From Bacillota bacterium (GTDB lineage: Bacteria; Bacillota; Bacilli; Paenibacillales; JBEGSW01): 56,531 nucleotides of DNA. Positions 1 through 11,020 of this stretch are shown here, piece by piece (position 1 is the first letter of the stretch; every line of letters begins with the position of its first letter). Position numbers and translations under genes: made by a program. The notes beneath the pieces are model-generated. The model was not told where the DNA came from and searched no databases. It saw nothing but the letters and a program-made list of their open reading frames with translations. The stretch is from positions 1 through 56,531 of the forward strand of contig JBEGSW010000045.1 in NCBI GenBank assembly GCA_041179705.1, read 5' to 3'.

Positions 1-1
1 A

Positions 2-856
2 ACAGGTAGCCTGGGACTGATTATCGGTTTAATCATAGGCACTCTCTTACAGCCAACAATTTCCGCACTCTATCTCTATGGTGAACAAGTAGGAAGCATT
101 TTCACAATTTTATTGGGATTATTGGGTAGGTATATCGGACTTAGCAAAACAGACGACTTCAAGCGACTCTGGCACACAAAGTTCCTTCCAACAGACCCAG
201 CCATCTTAAATCCAGGTGGGCAAATCGAGCACAAGATTCTTGATACGAGTGTGATTATTGATGGCCGAATTGCAGACATTTGTCGCACGCAGTTCGTTGA
301 GGGCACGCTTGTCATCCCTGAATTTGTATTAGAGGAACTTCAGCATATCGCTGACTCGTCAGATTTATTAAAACGAAATCGCGGTCGACGTGGCTTAGAT
401 ATTCTGAATAAAATCCAGAAAGAACTCGATGTGAAAGTGCTTATTTATGAAGGTGACTTTGAGGAAATCGCGGAAGTAGATAGCAAATTAGTCAAGCTTG
501 CGAAAGTGCTGCACGGTAAAGTGGTAACAAATGACTATAACTTAAATAAAGTATGTGAATTACAAGGGGTCTCTGTGCTGAATATTAATGACTTAGCCAA
601 TGCCGTCAAACCGATTGTGTTGCCCGGCGAAGAAATGGTCGTGCAAGTAATCAAAGATGGCAAAGAGTATGGGCAAGGTGTTGCGTATTTGGATGATGGA
701 ACGATGATTGTCGTTGAAGGCGGACGTTCCTATCTTGGCGCAACGATTGCGGTCATCGTTACAAGTGTCCTGCAAACAAGTGCAGGCCGGATGATTTTTG
801 CTAAGCCAGAAGCTTTGGGTGAAGGCGTTGTAACTCTTTCCAGAAATAAGGTATAG
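2..856 (+). CDS. yacL: PIN/TRAM domain membrane protein (YacL family), 5'-truncated by window edge
   Basis: Frame open from base 2 with hydrophobic segments; PIN motif [14 protein letters not shown]-terminal TRAM ([16 protein letters not shown]...[16 protein letters not shown]); usual position upstream of ispD. Confidence 0.9.
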   Translation, partial: TGSLGLIIGLIIGTLLQPTISALYLYGEQVGSIFTILLGLLGRYIGLSKTDDFKRLWHTKFLPTDPAILNPGGQIEHKILDTSVIIDGRIADICRTQFVEGTLVIPEFVLEELQHIADSSDLLKRNRGRRGLDILNKIQKELDVKVLIYEGDFEEIAEVDSKLVKLAKVLHGKVVTNDYNLNKVCELQGVSVLNINDLANAVKPIVLPGEEMVVQVIKDGKEYGQGVAYLDDGTMIVVEGGRSYLGATIAVIVTSVLQTSAGRMIFAKPEALGEGVVTLSRNKV

Positions 857-900
857 TAATTGGAAGAGTTGACGGATATTTACGAGGAAGCGGTGGAACA

Positions 901-1599
901 ATGGCGAAGACAGCACTTGTGCTGGCGGCAGCGGGTCGTGGAACGCGCATGGGTACGGCGGAAAGCAAGCAATACTTACATATTGGCGACAAGCCCATTA
1001 TCGTTCATACGTTAGAGACATTCGCAACGATTGATGCAATCGATGAAATCGTCATCGTTGTTCATGTGGATGACATGGCGAAATGTAGGCAACTTGTGGA
1101 ACAAGCCAACTTTGCGAAACCAATCCGTTTCGTTGAAGGTCTAGGTGAACGACAAGATTCCGTGTTTGCTGGATTGCGCGCCTTATCTTCTGACATCGAG
1201 TGGGTCCTTGTACACGATGCAGTGCGTCCATTTGTTCAACCGAAGCATATCTTAGCTTGTTTAGCAGAAGCCCAAACTAGTGATGCGGCGATCTTAGCTG
1301 TTCCAGCGAAAGATACAATCAAAGTTGTCGATGCGGCTGGTCACGTTGTTTCCACGCCGGATCGTCAAAGCTTGTGGCTCGTTCAGACGCCACAGGCTTT
1401 TCGCGTTTCTCGCTTGATTCAGGCACATGAACAGGCCGAGGCGACAGGAACACGCGCAACTGATGATGCAATGGTTGCTGAGTTGGCAGGTATGACCGTT
1501 TCGGTGGTGCAAGGCGATTACACAAATATTAAAATCACGACCCCTGAGGATTTGGATTGGGCGGCGTTGTTGTTGAAGCGAAAGGAGTCATTATCATGA
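901..1599 (+). CDS. ispD: 2-C-methyl-D-erythritol 4-phosphate cytidylyltransferase
   Basis: [40 protein letters not shown] motifs. Confidence 0.96.
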   Translation: MAKTALVLAAAGRGTRMGTAESKQYLHIGDKPIIVHTLETFATIDAIDEIVIVVHVDDMAKCRQLVEQANFAKPIRFVEGLGERQDSVFAGLRALSSDIEWVLVHDAVRPFVQPKHILACLAEAQTSDAAILAVPAKDTIKVVDAAGHVVSTPDRQSLWLVQTPQAFRVSRLIQAHEQAEATGTRATDDAMVAELAGMTVSVVQGDYTNIKITTPEDLDWAALLLKRKESLS

Positions 1600-2075
1600 T
1601 TAGAGTTGGACAAGGTTTTGATGTTCACCAGTTAGTTGAAGGTCGCAAGTGCATCATTGGGGGTGTAGAAATCCCTTATGAGAAAGGACTACTTGGCCAT
1701 TCTGACGCTGACGTCCTTTTACATGCGATTACAGATGCTGTTCTTGGTGCGCTCGCGCTTGGTGATATTGGCAAGCATTTCCCAGATACAGCTGCGGAAT
1801 ATAAAGATGCCGATAGCGTTGTTTTGTTGGAGCGGGTTTGGGCCTTGATTCAGGAACGTGGCTATAAATTAGGCAATGTGGATGCAACAATTATTGCGCA
1901 AGCGCCGAAGATGCTCCCGTATATTGATGCCATGCGCGAAGTAATTGCCCGTACGTTGCAAGCGGATTTATCCCAAGTAAATGTAAAAGCAACAACGACA
2001 GAGAAACTTGGATTCCCTGGTCGCGGTGAAGGTATTGCGGCTCAAAGCGTTGTTTTGTTAGTAAAGGAGGACTAG
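1596..2075 (+). CDS. ispF: 2-C-methyl-D-erythritol 2,4-cyclodiphosphate synthase
   Basis: [35 protein letters not shown]; start moved to ATG 1596 (ATGA overlap with ispD stop, SD aaggag). Confidence 0.97.
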   Translation: MIRVGQGFDVHQLVEGRKCIIGGVEIPYEKGLLGHSDADVLLHAITDAVLGALALGDIGKHFPDTAAEYKDADSVVLLERVWALIQERGYKLGNVDATIIAQAPKMLPYIDAMREVIARTLQADLSQVNVKATTTEKLGFPGRGEGIAAQSVVLLVKED

Positions 2076-2079
2076 GAAT

Positions 2080-3522
2080 ATGAGTACACCAGTGCGCGTA
2101 CGTTATGCGCCAAGCCCAACGGGTCATTTACATATTGGAAATTCCCGTACGGCGTTATTTAATTATTTATTTGCTCGCAATCTTGGCGGAAAGATGATTG
2201 TCCGCATTGAAGATACGGATTTGAAGCGCAATGTCGCTGGCGGTGAAGAAAGCCAGTTGAAGTTCATGAAATGGCTGGGCATTCAGTGGGATGAAAGTAT
2301 TGACGTGGGCGGCGAATATGGCCCCTACCGTCAGACTGAGCGTCTAGCTATTTATAACAAACAGACCCAACAGTTGTTGGACCAAGGACTTGCTTATCGT
2401 TGTTACTGTACGGAAGAAGAGCTTGAGCAGGAGCGTGAAGCTCAGACGGCGCGGGGTGAGACGCCACGTTATTCCGGCCGCTGCCAACAATTGACAGCCG
2501 AGCAAGAAGCTGCACACGTTGCCGCAGGTCGCCAAGCAAGCATTCGTTTCCGTGTACCTGCGAACCGTACGTATGCGTTCAATGATATGGTAAAAGGCGA
2601 CGTTTCGTTCACAACAGAAGAGATGGGCGATTTTGTTATCGTCAAGAAAGACGGCATTCCAACTTACAATTATGCAGTTGTAATCGATGACTATATGATG
2701 GCGATTTCCCATGTGCTACGTGGCGATGATCATATCAACAACACACCTCGTCAGCTAATGATTTATGAAGCGTTTGGCTGGCAGCCACCGATCTTCGGTC
2801 ATATGACGTTGATCGTGAATGAGAACCATAAGAAATTAAGTAAGCGTGATGAGTCAATCATCCAGTTTATTGAGCAGTATCATGATCTAGGGTATTTGCC
2901 AGAGGCGTTGTTTAACTTCATCGCATTGCTCGGTTGGTCACCAGGTGGGGAGAATGAAATCTTCACAGCAGAGGAATTGATTCAAGCGTTCACTGCAGAA
3001 CGCCTATCCAAGAGCCCAGCGGTATTTGATACGGCTAAACTCGCGTGGATGAACAATCATTACCTGAAGAAAGCAGAATTAGCGACAGTTGTCGCTTTAG
3101 CACTTCCACATTTGCAAAAGCAGGGCTGGGTATCTGCTACGCTAACACCTGAGCAACAGACGTGGGCGGAACAATTAATTGGGTTATTCCAAGATCGATT
3201 GCACTGCGGTGCGGAGATTGTCACGCATGCGGAAATGTTCTTTAGCGAAACCATTGCATTCGAAGAAGAAGCGAAAGTTGTCCTCGCGGAAGAACAAGTT
3301 CCGCAAGTCCTCGCTGCATTTAAGGCGCAATTAGTAGCAACTGAAACGTACGATGTTGAAACCATAAAAGCTACGATTAAAGCCGTACAGACAGAGACAG
3401 GATTTAAAGGCAAACAGCTATTCATGCCAATCCGTGCTGCATTAACTGGTCAGACCCACGGTGCAGATTTGAACATGACGTTATTCTTGTTAGGTCGCGA
3501 CAAAGTGTTGTCGAGACTGTAA
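2080..3522 (+). CDS. gltX: glutamate--tRNA ligase
   Basis: [14 protein letters not shown] (HIGH) and KLSKR (KMSKS) motifs; synteny. Confidence 0.97.
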   Translation: MSTPVRVRYAPSPTGHLHIGNSRTALFNYLFARNLGGKMIVRIEDTDLKRNVAGGEESQLKFMKWLGIQWDESIDVGGEYGPYRQTERLAIYNKQTQQLLDQGLAYRCYCTEEELEQEREAQTARGETPRYSGRCQQLTAEQEAAHVAAGRQASIRFRVPANRTYAFNDMVKGDVSFTTEEMGDFVIVKKDGIPTYNYAVVIDDYMMAISHVLRGDDHINNTPRQLMIYEAFGWQPPIFGHMTLIVNENHKKLSKRDESIIQFIEQYHDLGYLPEALFNFIALLGWSPGGENEIFTAEELIQAFTAERLSKSPAVFDTAKLAWMNNHYLKKAELATVVALALPHLQKQGWVSATLTPEQQTWAEQLIGLFQDRLHCGAEIVTHAEMFFSETIAFEEEAKVVLAEEQVPQVLAAFKAQLVATETYDVETIKATIKAVQTETGFKGKQLFMPIRAALTGQTHGADLNMTLFLLGRDKVLSRL

Positions 3523-3525
3523 GAT

Positions 3526-3554
3526 TTGTCATAATGATAGAATCGAGCTATACT
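3526..3554 (+). promoter_or_regulatory. sigma-A type promoter for T-box/cysE-cysS
   Basis: TTGTCA-17bp-TATACT immediately upstream of the T-box leader. Confidence 0.65.
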
Positions 3555-3569
3555 ACAATTAATTGAATA

Positions 3570-3850
3570 CAAAGCGTTGAGCGGGAGAAGTACATCAACT
3601 TGACGAGAGTCCCCAGAGAAGATAACCGTTTCACACCATTGTGAATAGGCTGCAAGTTATTTGTTCGCGTCTGATGGAAATGCCCCCGTGAGCTGCAATC
3701 CGAACAATCGATTGATTAAGTAGGCGTTGCCGGTTCGTCCGCGTTATGGACGATTAAGAAGAATGAGTGTATCTAACTCGTTCAAGCAGAGTGGAACCAC
3801 GACCCCATACGTCTCTGTAGCTTCGGCTACAGGGGCGTTTTTTGTTTTTA
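3570..3850 (+). promoter_or_regulatory. T-box riboswitch, cysteine specific
   Basis: Stem I GA/AG/GNUG-like boxes (cagagaa..., ggctgcaa), specifier UGC at 3681-3683, T-box AGAGTGGAACCACG at 3788-3801, terminator acgtctctgtagc-ttcg-gctacaggggcgt+T tract; upstream of cysE-cysS. Confidence 0.93.
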
Positions 3851-3872
3851 GGAAATGAGGAGGATGACGATT

Positions 3873-4550
3873 ATGTTAAATAAGATGCGAGCGGATATTC
3901 AAACTATTTTTGACAATGATCCCGCAGCCCGTAGTGTATTTGAGGTGTTGCTCACATACTCGGGACTTCATGCACTTTGGTCACACCGAATTGCCCATGC
4001 GCTCTATAAAGCCCATTGGTATAGCTTGGCGCGCTTTCTTTCACAAGTTACACGTACAATCACAGGGATTGAAATTCATCCCGGGGCGACCATTGGCGAC
4101 CGTTTTTTTATCGATCATGGTATGGGTGTTGTGATTGGCGAGACATGTGAAATTGGTGACGATGTTGTCATCTATCAGGGCGTCACGCTTGGCGGTACGG
4201 GGAAAGAAAAGGGGAAACGTCATCCGACGATTGGGAATAACGTCGTCATTTCTTCCGGCGCTAAAGTATTGGGCTCCTTTACAGTAGGGGATAATGCGCG
4301 AATTGGTGCCAATGCAGTCGTTTTGCGAGAAGTTCCTGCGAATAGTACGGTTGTGGGTATTCCTGGTCGCATCGTCAAGATTGACGGTGAGCGCATCATG
4401 AATAAGTTGAGTCACGGCGATTTGCCAGATCCGGTCGTTGAAATGTTCAATGCATTAGAACGACGCATCGCGGAATTAGAGGAGCAACTTGCGCACGAGA
4501 AAGTAAAGAAAGAAGGATTAGGTGAAGACGATGGCCTTGCACATTCATAA
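3873..4550 (+). CDS. cysE: serine O-acetyltransferase
   Basis: [36 protein letters not shown] hexapeptide repeats; start chosen from SD gaggagg. Confidence 0.96.
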   Translation: MLNKMRADIQTIFDNDPAARSVFEVLLTYSGLHALWSHRIAHALYKAHWYSLARFLSQVTRTITGIEIHPGATIGDRFFIDHGMGVVIGETCEIGDDVVIYQGVTLGGTGKEKGKRHPTIGNNVVISSGAKVLGSFTVGDNARIGANAVVLREVPANSTVVGIPGRIVKIDGERIMNKLSHGDLPDPVVEMFNALERRIAELEEQLAHEKVKKEGLGEDDGLAHS

Positions 4551-5940
4551 TACGCTAACGCGAACGAAACAGCGATTCACGCCACTTGAGCCGGGTAAAG
4601 TAAAGATGTACGTCTGTGGCCCCACGGTATATGGCTATATTCATATAGGAAACGCGCGTCCAGTCGTCGTGTTCGACGTCGTTCGTCGCTATTTCATTAG
4701 TCAAGGATACGATGTGAATTTTGTGATGAACTTCACGGACGTTGACGATAAATTAATTCGTAAAGCAGAAGAAATGAATAAGACGGTTCCTGAAGTGGCG
4801 GAGATCTTCATCGATGCCTTTATGGAAGATATCGAGGGGCTAGGTGTGTTGCCGGGTGCGGTTCGTCCCCGCGTGACGGAAAATATTCCTGAAATCATCA
4901 CACTCATTTCGACGCTTGAAGCGAAAGGATTTGCTTATGAAGCTGGCGGCGATGTCTTTTTCCGCAGCACAAGATTCGAAGCCTACGGTAAATTGTCACA
5001 GCAAAACTTGGACGACTTGCAATTCGGGAAGCGCATTGAGGTAGATCCGCGCAAAGAGAATCCGCAGGACTTCGTACTTTGGAAAGCAGCTAAGCCAGGT
5101 GAGATTGCTTGGGCAAGCCCTTGGGGTGATGGTCGCCCAGGCTGGCACATTGAGTGCTCGGCGATGGCTGGCAAATACTTGGGCAACACGATCGACATTC
5201 ATGGTGGCGGACAAGATTTAACATTCCCGCATCACGAGTGTGAGATTGCCCAGTCTGAAGCATGCAATGAGCAACAGATGGCAAATTATTGGATGCATAA
5301 TGGCTATGTGAACATCAACAACGAGAAGATGTCGAAGTCATTGAATAACTTTATTACGGTTGTGGACCTTCGCACGAAATACAAAAAAGAAGTATTACGT
5401 TTCTTTATTTTATCGGCACATTATCGCAACCCGCTGAACTTCAATGAAGAAGTGATGCAGCAGGCAGAGCAAAGTGTGGCACGGATTGCGAATGGTGTCA
5501 GCGACATCGCGCATCGCCTAGCAGCATTGGCTGGAGCGGGTGTGGAAGACGAGAAAGCGAAACAGGTGCAAGCGACAATCGGTGAAATCATCGCGCGATT
5601 CCATGAACGGATGCAGGACGACTTCAATACGCCAGATGCAATCACAGCGATTTTCGATTTAGTAAGCCTAATGAATCAATACTTGATGCAAGCAACGGTC
5701 GATCCGGCAACATTAGAGCAAGCGTTGGCTGCCTTTCATGCGATGAACGACGTACTTGGTGTAATCCCGCAAGCAAACAGCGACTTGCTCGATGCTGATA
5801 TTGAAGCGTTAATCGTCGAGCGAACAGAAGCACGTCAATCCCGCAACTGGGCACGTGCTGACGAAATCCGTGATCAGCTCTTAGCAGAAGGCATCGTACT
5901 GGAAGATACGCCACAAGGTATTCGTTGGAAACGGAAGTGA
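4531..5940 (+). CDS. cysS: cysteine--tRNA ligase
   Basis: [32 protein letters not shown]; start 4531 or GTG 4522. Confidence 0.97.
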   Translation: MALHIHNTLTRTKQRFTPLEPGKVKMYVCGPTVYGYIHIGNARPVVVFDVVRRYFISQGYDVNFVMNFTDVDDKLIRKAEEMNKTVPEVAEIFIDAFMEDIEGLGVLPGAVRPRVTENIPEIITLISTLEAKGFAYEAGGDVFFRSTRFEAYGKLSQQNLDDLQFGKRIEVDPRKENPQDFVLWKAAKPGEIAWASPWGDGRPGWHIECSAMAGKYLGNTIDIHGGGQDLTFPHHECEIAQSEACNEQQMANYWMHNGYVNINNEKMSKSLNNFITVVDLRTKYKKEVLRFFILSAHYRNPLNFNEEVMQQAEQSVARIANGVSDIAHRLAALAGAGVEDEKAKQVQATIGEIIARFHERMQDDFNTPDAITAIFDLVSLMNQYLMQATVDPATLEQALAAFHAMNDVLGVIPQANSDLLDADIEALIVERTEARQSRNWARADEIRDQLLAEGIVLEDTPQGIRWKRK

Positions 5941-5945
5941 ATGCA

Positions 5946-6368
5946 ATGATCCATATTGCCCCTTATCAGAAAGTAGAATTAATGAACCCAATTGTGCTCG
6001 CTTATGTGGGTGACGCAGTTTTGGAAATGTACGTCCGTCAATTGGTCGTCTCACGTCCGAACTTAAAGCCGAATGATCTTCATCGCGCAACCACACGATA
6101 TGTATCTGCCAAAGGGCAGGCCATGGCATTGAAGGTTATTGAACCGATTCTTTCCGAAGACGAAGCAAATGTCGTTCGACGAGGGCGCAATGCCAAATCT
6201 GGGAGTGCGCCAAAGAATGCGGATGTACTTGATTATCGACATAGCACGGGCTTTGAAAGTTTGTTAGGCTATTTATATTACAAAGGTGAACAGGAACGAC
6301 TTTTAGAAATCTTAGATGCGTTCCGTCAGGTATTAGATAACGATGCGACACCGACAAAGGAGAAATAA
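5946..6368 (+). CDS. mrnC: Mini-ribonuclease III
   Basis: LAYVGDAV...RRGRNAK...YRHSTGFESLLGYLY; follows cysS; exact start uncertain (5937 GTG possible). Confidence 0.92.
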   Translation: MIHIAPYQKVELMNPIVLAYVGDAVLEMYVRQLVVSRPNLKPNDLHRATTRYVSAKGQAMALKVIEPILSEDEANVVRRGRNAKSGSAPKNADVLDYRHSTGFESLLGYLYYKGEQERLLEILDAFRQVLDNDATPTKEK

Positions 6369-6371
6369 GCC

Positions 6372-7124
6372 ATGAAAGAGGAAGAACGCGAATATATTGG
6401 AGGAAAGCACTCCGTTCTGGAAGCTTTTCAGTCCAAACGTGCGATCCATAAAATTTGGATTTCCAATACGACACAGCCCCACTGGTCGCAACCGATTTAT
6501 GAAGCAGCAAAAGAAGCGGGGATCATTGTACAGTCCGTCGATAAGCGCAAGTTAGATCAAATGGCTCCGGGTCTTCAGCATCAAGGCGTTGTTGCCCAAG
6601 TAGCCGCTGCCGAATACATGGACCTGGATGAAATGCTTAACCAGCTAGAACAATCGGAACGCACGCCAATTTTGGTGATTTTAGATGAATTGGAAGACCC
6701 GCATAATTTAGGCTCCATTATTCGAACGGTTGAGTGTGCCGGCGCAAACGGTGTCATTATCCCTAAGCGTCGTTCGGTCGGCTTAACGATGACGGTATCA
6801 AAGACATCTGCAGGTGCAGTTGAATATGTACCGGTTGCACGAGTAACGAATTTAGCGCAAGCGATGGAGACGTTGAAAAAGCGTGGTATCTGGATCGTTG
6901 GTGCAGCGGGAGAAGCCAAGCAAAGTCTTTATGACTTAGACTTGAATATGCCTTTGGCAATTGTGATTGGGAATGAACATAATGGGCTCGGTCGACTTGT
7001 ACGTGAGAAATGCGACTTCTTAGCTAAATTGCCGATGTACGGAAAGATTCAATCGTTGAACGCATCGGTTGCAGCAAGTTTGTTTATTTACGAAGCGGTT
7101 CGTCAGCGTCTGGCGAAAAAATAA
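6372..7124 (+). CDS. rlmB: 23S rRNA (Gm2251) 2'-O-methyltransferase, TrmH/SPOUT family
   Basis: HQGVVA, DPHNLGSIIRT, GNEHNG, SLNASVAA motifs. Confidence 0.93.
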   Translation: MKEEEREYIGGKHSVLEAFQSKRAIHKIWISNTTQPHWSQPIYEAAKEAGIIVQSVDKRKLDQMAPGLQHQGVVAQVAAAEYMDLDEMLNQLEQSERTPILVILDELEDPHNLGSIIRTVECAGANGVIIPKRRSVGLTMTVSKTSAGAVEYVPVARVTNLAQAMETLKKRGIWIVGAAGEAKQSLYDLDLNMPLAIVIGNEHNGLGRLVREKCDFLAKLPMYGKIQSLNASVAASLFIYEAVRQRLAKK

Positions 7125-7147
7125 GTGGCGGACAGGGAGGTGCATCG

Positions 7148-7678
7148 ATGAAAGAGGAAGTACTCATCGTAGATGGTTACAATATGATCGGTGCATGGCC
7201 TGAGTTGGCTGCGCTAGGTGATCGTAGTTTAGAGGATGCGAGAGATCGCCTTGTAGATTTATTGAGTGATTATCAAGGGTATTCAGGAAACCGAATCATT
7301 CTTGTCTTCGATGCGCACCAAGTACCTGGTTTGGGCGGAAACTACAGACAACATAAACTAGAGCTTGTATATACGAAAGAAAAAGAGACGGCTGACTCCT
7401 GTATCGAACGACTCGTCACGCAACTTGCTTCACGCCGACGACACATTACAGTAGCTACGAATGATAATGCAGAGCAGCATGTCATCTTCGGGAAAGGTGC
7501 ACTTCGTCAGACAGCTCGCGAATTATTACTGAATATTCAAGAGAGTCAGAAATTAATCCAAACGACAATCAAAGACACAAAACAGTCGAATCGACAGGTT
7601 CGCAATTCATTTGATAGCATTTTAAGCACAGATTTAAAGAAAATGTTCGAGAATTGGCGTCGCGGAGGAAAAGATTAG
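7148..7678 (+). CDS. rae1: NYN-domain ribosome-associated endoribonuclease (YacP/Rae1)
   Basis: LIVDGYNMIG, VFDA, ETADSCIE motifs; located between rlmB and sigH. Confidence 0.9.
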   Translation: MKEEVLIVDGYNMIGAWPELAALGDRSLEDARDRLVDLLSDYQGYSGNRIILVFDAHQVPGLGGNYRQHKLELVYTKEKETADSCIERLVTQLASRRRHITVATNDNAEQHVIFGKGALRQTARELLLNIQESQKLIQTTIKDTKQSNRQVRNSFDSILSTDLKKMFENWRRGGKD

Positions 7679-7686
7679 CAAGTCCA

Positions 7687-7716
7687 TTGACGGTTTTTAG
7701 AAGGCTCAGTTATACT
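7687..7716 (+). promoter_or_regulatory. sigma-A type promoter for sigH
   Basis: TTGACG-18bp-TATACT. Confidence 0.65.
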
Positions 7717-7759
7717 TGCTATTATTATAGCGAAGCCCGCTAGAACGGGAGGATTGGCA

Positions 7760-8410
7760 ATGCGCATGCTTTCAAATGAGACGTTCGCGAACTTGTACGA
7801 TACATTGAGCGATGAAGACATTGTCAATGCTTATCGCGAAGGAGATAGCGACGCACTCGAGTATTTGATTACGAAGTATCAGTATTTTGTTCGCGCTAAA
7901 GCTAGATCCTATTTTTTAGTTGGTGCAGACCGCGAAGATATTGTGCAAGAAGGCATGATTGGCTTATATAAGGCCATTCGCGATTTCCGTGGGGATAAGC
8001 TAGCTTCATTCAAAGCGTTTGCTGAATTGTGCATTACACGCCAGATTATTACGGCAATTAAGACAGCAACGCGCCAGAAGCACATCCCATTAAATTCGTA
8101 TGTGTCTTTGGACAAACCAATCTATGATGAAGAATCCGATCGTACCTTGTTGGATGTCATATCCGGTTCGCGCGTTAGCGATCCTGAAGAAATGATAATT
8201 AATCTTGAGGCATTCACGGGATTAGAAGATAAGATGGGTGAAATCTTAAGTCCATTAGAGCAACGTGTGCTCATGCTTTATTTGGATGGTCGTTCCTATC
8301 AAGAAATTTCATATGATCTTGGCAGGCATCTTAAATCAATCGACAATGCCTTGCAACGTGTAAAGCGCAAAGTAGAACGCTATTTAATAGCGAGAGAATC
8401 TATAAACTGA
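7760..8410 (+). CDS. sigH: RNA polymerase sigma factor SigH
   Basis: DREDIVQEGMIGLYKAIRDF, FAELCITRQIITAIKTATRQKHIPLNSYVSLDKP, KSIDNALQRVK; ATG 7760 fits SD gggagg. Confidence 0.97.
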   Translation: MRMLSNETFANLYDTLSDEDIVNAYREGDSDALEYLITKYQYFVRAKARSYFLVGADREDIVQEGMIGLYKAIRDFRGDKLASFKAFAELCITRQIITAIKTATRQKHIPLNSYVSLDKPIYDEESDRTLLDVISGSRVSDPEEMIINLEAFTGLEDKMGEILSPLEQRVLMLYLDGRSYQEISYDLGRHLKSIDNALQRVKRKVERYLIARESIN

Positions 8411-8446
8411 GACACACTTCGAAGCGATTTGAAGGGTGTCTTTTTA
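8410..8446 (+). terminator. intrinsic terminator after sigH
   Basis: agacacacttc...gaagggtgtct stem followed by T run. Confidence 0.7.
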
Positions 8447-8471
8447 TATGTTCCCTATAGTTCATTTGTTG

Positions 8472-8500
8472 TTGACACTGCATATGCAATGTGATAGGAT
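8472..8500 (+). promoter_or_regulatory. sigma-A type promoter for rpmG-secE-nusG
   Basis: TTGACA-17bp-TAGGAT with extended TG. Confidence 0.65.
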
Positions 8501-8593
8501 TTATCGGGTAGCCCTAAATTAGGTTTATTTAGGGTGTTTTTTAACTATAAATAATACCATTCGTTGGTATGTTTGGCCTGGGAGGTGTTCTAA

Positions 8594-8743
8594 GTGCGGG
8601 TAATTATCACGTTGGCTTGTACAGATTGCAAGCAAAGAAACTACACATCTAACAAAAATAAGCGCAATCACCCTGACCGCATGGAATTGAAGAAACATTG
8701 CAGATTTTGCAATACTCACACAGTTCATCGCGAAACAAGGTAA
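8594..8743 (+). CDS. rpmG: 50S ribosomal protein L33 (zinc-binding type); not in ORF track
   Basis: GTG start after SD ggaggtg; translates [49 protein letters not shown] (49 aa). Confidence 0.96.
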   Translation: MRVIITLACTDCKQRNYTSNKNKRNHPDRMELKKHCRFCNTHTVHRETR

Positions 8744-8764
8744 TGTGTCGGAGGTCGTAGCGAA

Positions 8765-8977
8765 ATGTCTGAACAAACTAAAGCTAAGGGTAGTTTTGGG
8801 AAAACCCTCGGGTTTTTTGCAGATAGCTGGGCAGAATTGAAGAAAGTTCGTTGGCCGGGCCGCAAGGAAATGACAAGTTATACAATCGTTGTAATTGCAA
8901 CAGTTGTATTGGTTGCACTTTACTTCGCGGTTGTTGACCTTGGGATTTCTGAGATCATTCGCTTAGTATTCGAATAG
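8765..8977 (+). CDS. secE: preprotein translocase subunit SecE
   Basis: ELKKVRWP motif plus a single TM helix. Confidence 0.95.
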   Translation: MSEQTKAKGSFGKTLGFFADSWAELKKVRWPGRKEMTSYTIVVIATVVLVALYFAVVDLGISEIIRLVFE

Positions 8978-9002
8978 GAATTATCCAAGAGGTGGGTAAG
9001 CA

Positions 9003-9536
9003 ATGGATAAAAGATGGTACGTTTTGCATACCTACTCTGGGTATGAGAACAAGGTAAAGGCGAACTTAGAGAAGCGCGTCGAATCCATGGAAATGCAAGA
9101 CAAGATCTTCCGCGTCCTCGTGCCGATGGAAGAAGAGATTGTTGTTAAGGATGGCAAGAAGAAGACGATGATGCGCAAGGTGTATCCTGGTTATGTTCTT
9201 GTTGAAATGATCCAGACAGACGACTCTTGGTATGTTGTCCGCAATACTCCTGGTGTGACAGGCTTCGTAGGATCTACTGGATCTGGTTCGAAACCTACAC
9301 CTTTGTTGCCTGAAGAAGCAGAACAGATTCTGAAGCATATGGGCATGGATGAGCCTAAGCCGAAGATCGACTTCTTCTTGAAAGAGAATGTACGCGTTAA
9401 AGTTGGACCGTTTGCTGACTTCGTTGGTTCCATCGAAGAGATCATTCTTGATAAAGGTAAACTTCGCGTTAACGTGAACATGTTTGGTCGAGAAACCCCG
9501 CTTGAGCTCGATTACGATCAAGTGGAGAAAATATAA
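9003..9536 (+). CDS. nusG: transcription termination/antitermination factor NusG
   Basis: WYVLHTYSGYENKVK, PGYVLVEM, KOW and MFGRETP. Confidence 0.98.
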   Translation: MDKRWYVLHTYSGYENKVKANLEKRVESMEMQDKIFRVLVPMEEEIVVKDGKKKTMMRKVYPGYVLVEMIQTDDSWYVVRNTPGVTGFVGSTGSGSKPTPLLPEEAEQILKHMGMDEPKPKIDFFLKENVRVKVGPFADFVGSIEEIILDKGKLRVNVNMFGRETPLELDYDQVEKI

Positions 9537-9552
9537 TAGGTTTCTGTCGTAA

Positions 9553-9582
9553 GTGGGAGGGAATCTTTCCCGTCCGTACCAC
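9553..9582 (+). promoter_or_regulatory. ribosomal protein L1-binding autoregulatory site upstream of rplK
   Basis: gtgggagg...accac stem with GGAG internal loop, resembling the 23S rRNA L1 site. Confidence 0.7.
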
Positions 9583-9607
9583 AATATGAGCAAGGAGGTG
9601 TCTGCAC

Positions 9608-10033
9608 ATGGCAAAGAAAGTTATCAAGTTGGTAAAGCTTCAAATCCCTGCTGGTAAAGCTAACCCGGCTCCACCGGTTGGTCCAGCACTAGGTCAAGCC
9701 GGCGTTAACATCATGGCATTCTGTAAAGAGTTCAACGCTCGCACAGAGGGTCAAGCAGGTTTGATTATTCCAGTTGTTATCTCCGTCTTCGAAGATCGTT
9801 CCTTCACGTTCGAGACTAAGACGCCACCGGCTGCTGTATTGCTTCGCGTTGCTGCTGGAATCCCTAAAGGATCCGGAGTACCGAACAAGACTAAAGTCGC
9901 AACGTTAGGTCGCGATAAGGTTCGCGCTATCGCTGAACAAAAAATGCCAGACCTTAACGCAGCTTCTGTTGAAGCGGCTATGCGTATGGTTGAAGGTACT
10001 GCCCGCAGCATGGGTATTACGATCGTAGATTAA
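9608..10033 (+). CDS. rplK: 50S ribosomal protein L11
   Basis: [21 protein letters not shown]. Confidence 0.99.
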   Translation: MAKKVIKLVKLQIPAGKANPAPPVGPALGQAGVNIMAFCKEFNARTEGQAGLIIPVVISVFEDRSFTFETKTPPAAVLLRVAAGIPKGSGVPNKTKVATLGRDKVRAIAEQKMPDLNAASVEAAMRMVEGTARSMGITIVD

Positions 10034-10089
10034 TTAGGATATCGTTTGCTTAATGGCATCGTTTTTCAATCGGAAGAACGATTGTTAAA

Positions 10090-10115
10090 GTGGGAGGACT
10101 ATCCGCTATCACCAC
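10090..10115 (+). promoter_or_regulatory. second L1-binding site upstream of rplA
   Basis: gtgggagg...accac, same architecture as 9553-9582. Confidence 0.65.
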
Positions 10116-10132
10116 ATTGGGAGGAAATTGAA

Positions 10133-10825
10133 ATGCCGAAACATGGTAAGAAATACTTGGAAGCGGCAAAGCTAATCAACAGCGAAGCGTCTTATGAGCC
10201 AGCTGAAGCAGTTGTTCTTGTAAAGAAAGCTGCTACTGCGAAATTCGACGAAACTGTTGAAGCTGCTGTCCGTTTGGGCGTAGACCCTAAGAAACAAGAC
10301 CAAGCTGTTCGTGGCGTAGTTGTATTGCCACACGGTACTGGTAAGACTCAAAAAGTCCTCGTTTTTGCGAAAGGCGAAAAAGCGAAAGAAGCAGAAGCTG
10401 CAGGCGCAGATTATGTTGGTGATTCCGACATGATCAACAAAATCCAACAAGGTTGGTTCGACTTTGATGTTTGCGTAGCTACACCAGATATGATGGGTGA
10501 AGTTGGTAAACTTGGTCGTTTGCTTGGTGGTAAAGGTTTAATGCCGAACCCTAAAGCTGGTACTGTAACGTTTGACGTGGAGAAAGCTGTTAAAGAAATC
10601 AAAGCTGGTAAGATTGAATACCGCCTTGATAAAGCTGGCCAAATCCATGCGCCAATCGGTAAAGTATCGTTCACAGAAGTGCAATTAGAGGAGAACTTGA
10701 AGTCTCTAATCGACGCTTTGAACCGTGCGAAACCAGCTGCTGCGAAAGGTACATACCTTAAAGGTATTGCTGTAGCATCCACGATGGGTCCTAGTGTTCG
10801 CGTATCTACTCAAGTTTACCGCTAA
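10133..10825 (+). CDS. rplA: 50S ribosomal protein L1
   Basis: MPKHGKKY...KFDETVE...[12 protein letters not shown]; true ATG at 10133 after SD gggagg. Confidence 0.99.
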   Translation: MPKHGKKYLEAAKLINSEASYEPAEAVVLVKKAATAKFDETVEAAVRLGVDPKKQDQAVRGVVVLPHGTGKTQKVLVFAKGEKAKEAEAAGADYVGDSDMINKIQQGWFDFDVCVATPDMMGEVGKLGRLLGGKGLMPNPKAGTVTFDVEKAVKEIKAGKIEYRLDKAGQIHAPIGKVSFTEVQLEENLKSLIDALNRAKPAAAKGTYLKGIAVASTMGPSVRVSTQVYR

Positions 10826-10854
10826 TCGTTTTGTACTTATTCGAAATTGAATAT

Positions 10855-10992
10855 GCTGACCGTAGACAGCAGGTGCTCATGTAGCTTAATACCCTGCCGA
10901 GGAATTGCGATAGATGACTTACTGATGGTATTATGCCGTCATGATAGCCAATCATCCAGGGCCTCCGTGTTTACGGAGGCTTTTCTTCTTTC
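10855..10992 (+). promoter_or_regulatory. L10 leader (rplJL attenuator)
   Basis: accgtagacagcagg...cttaata.cctgccgagg core and terminator gcctccgt-gttt-acggaggc+T tract before rplJ. Confidence 0.88.
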
Positions 10993-11020
10993 GGTTTGAT
11001 TCCAATAGGAGGTGTACCCT

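Noticed and set aside
8525-8776. 83-aa minus-strand ORF upstream of secE
   Set aside because: Antisense to the real rpmG gene (8594-8743), which the ORF track missed because of its size
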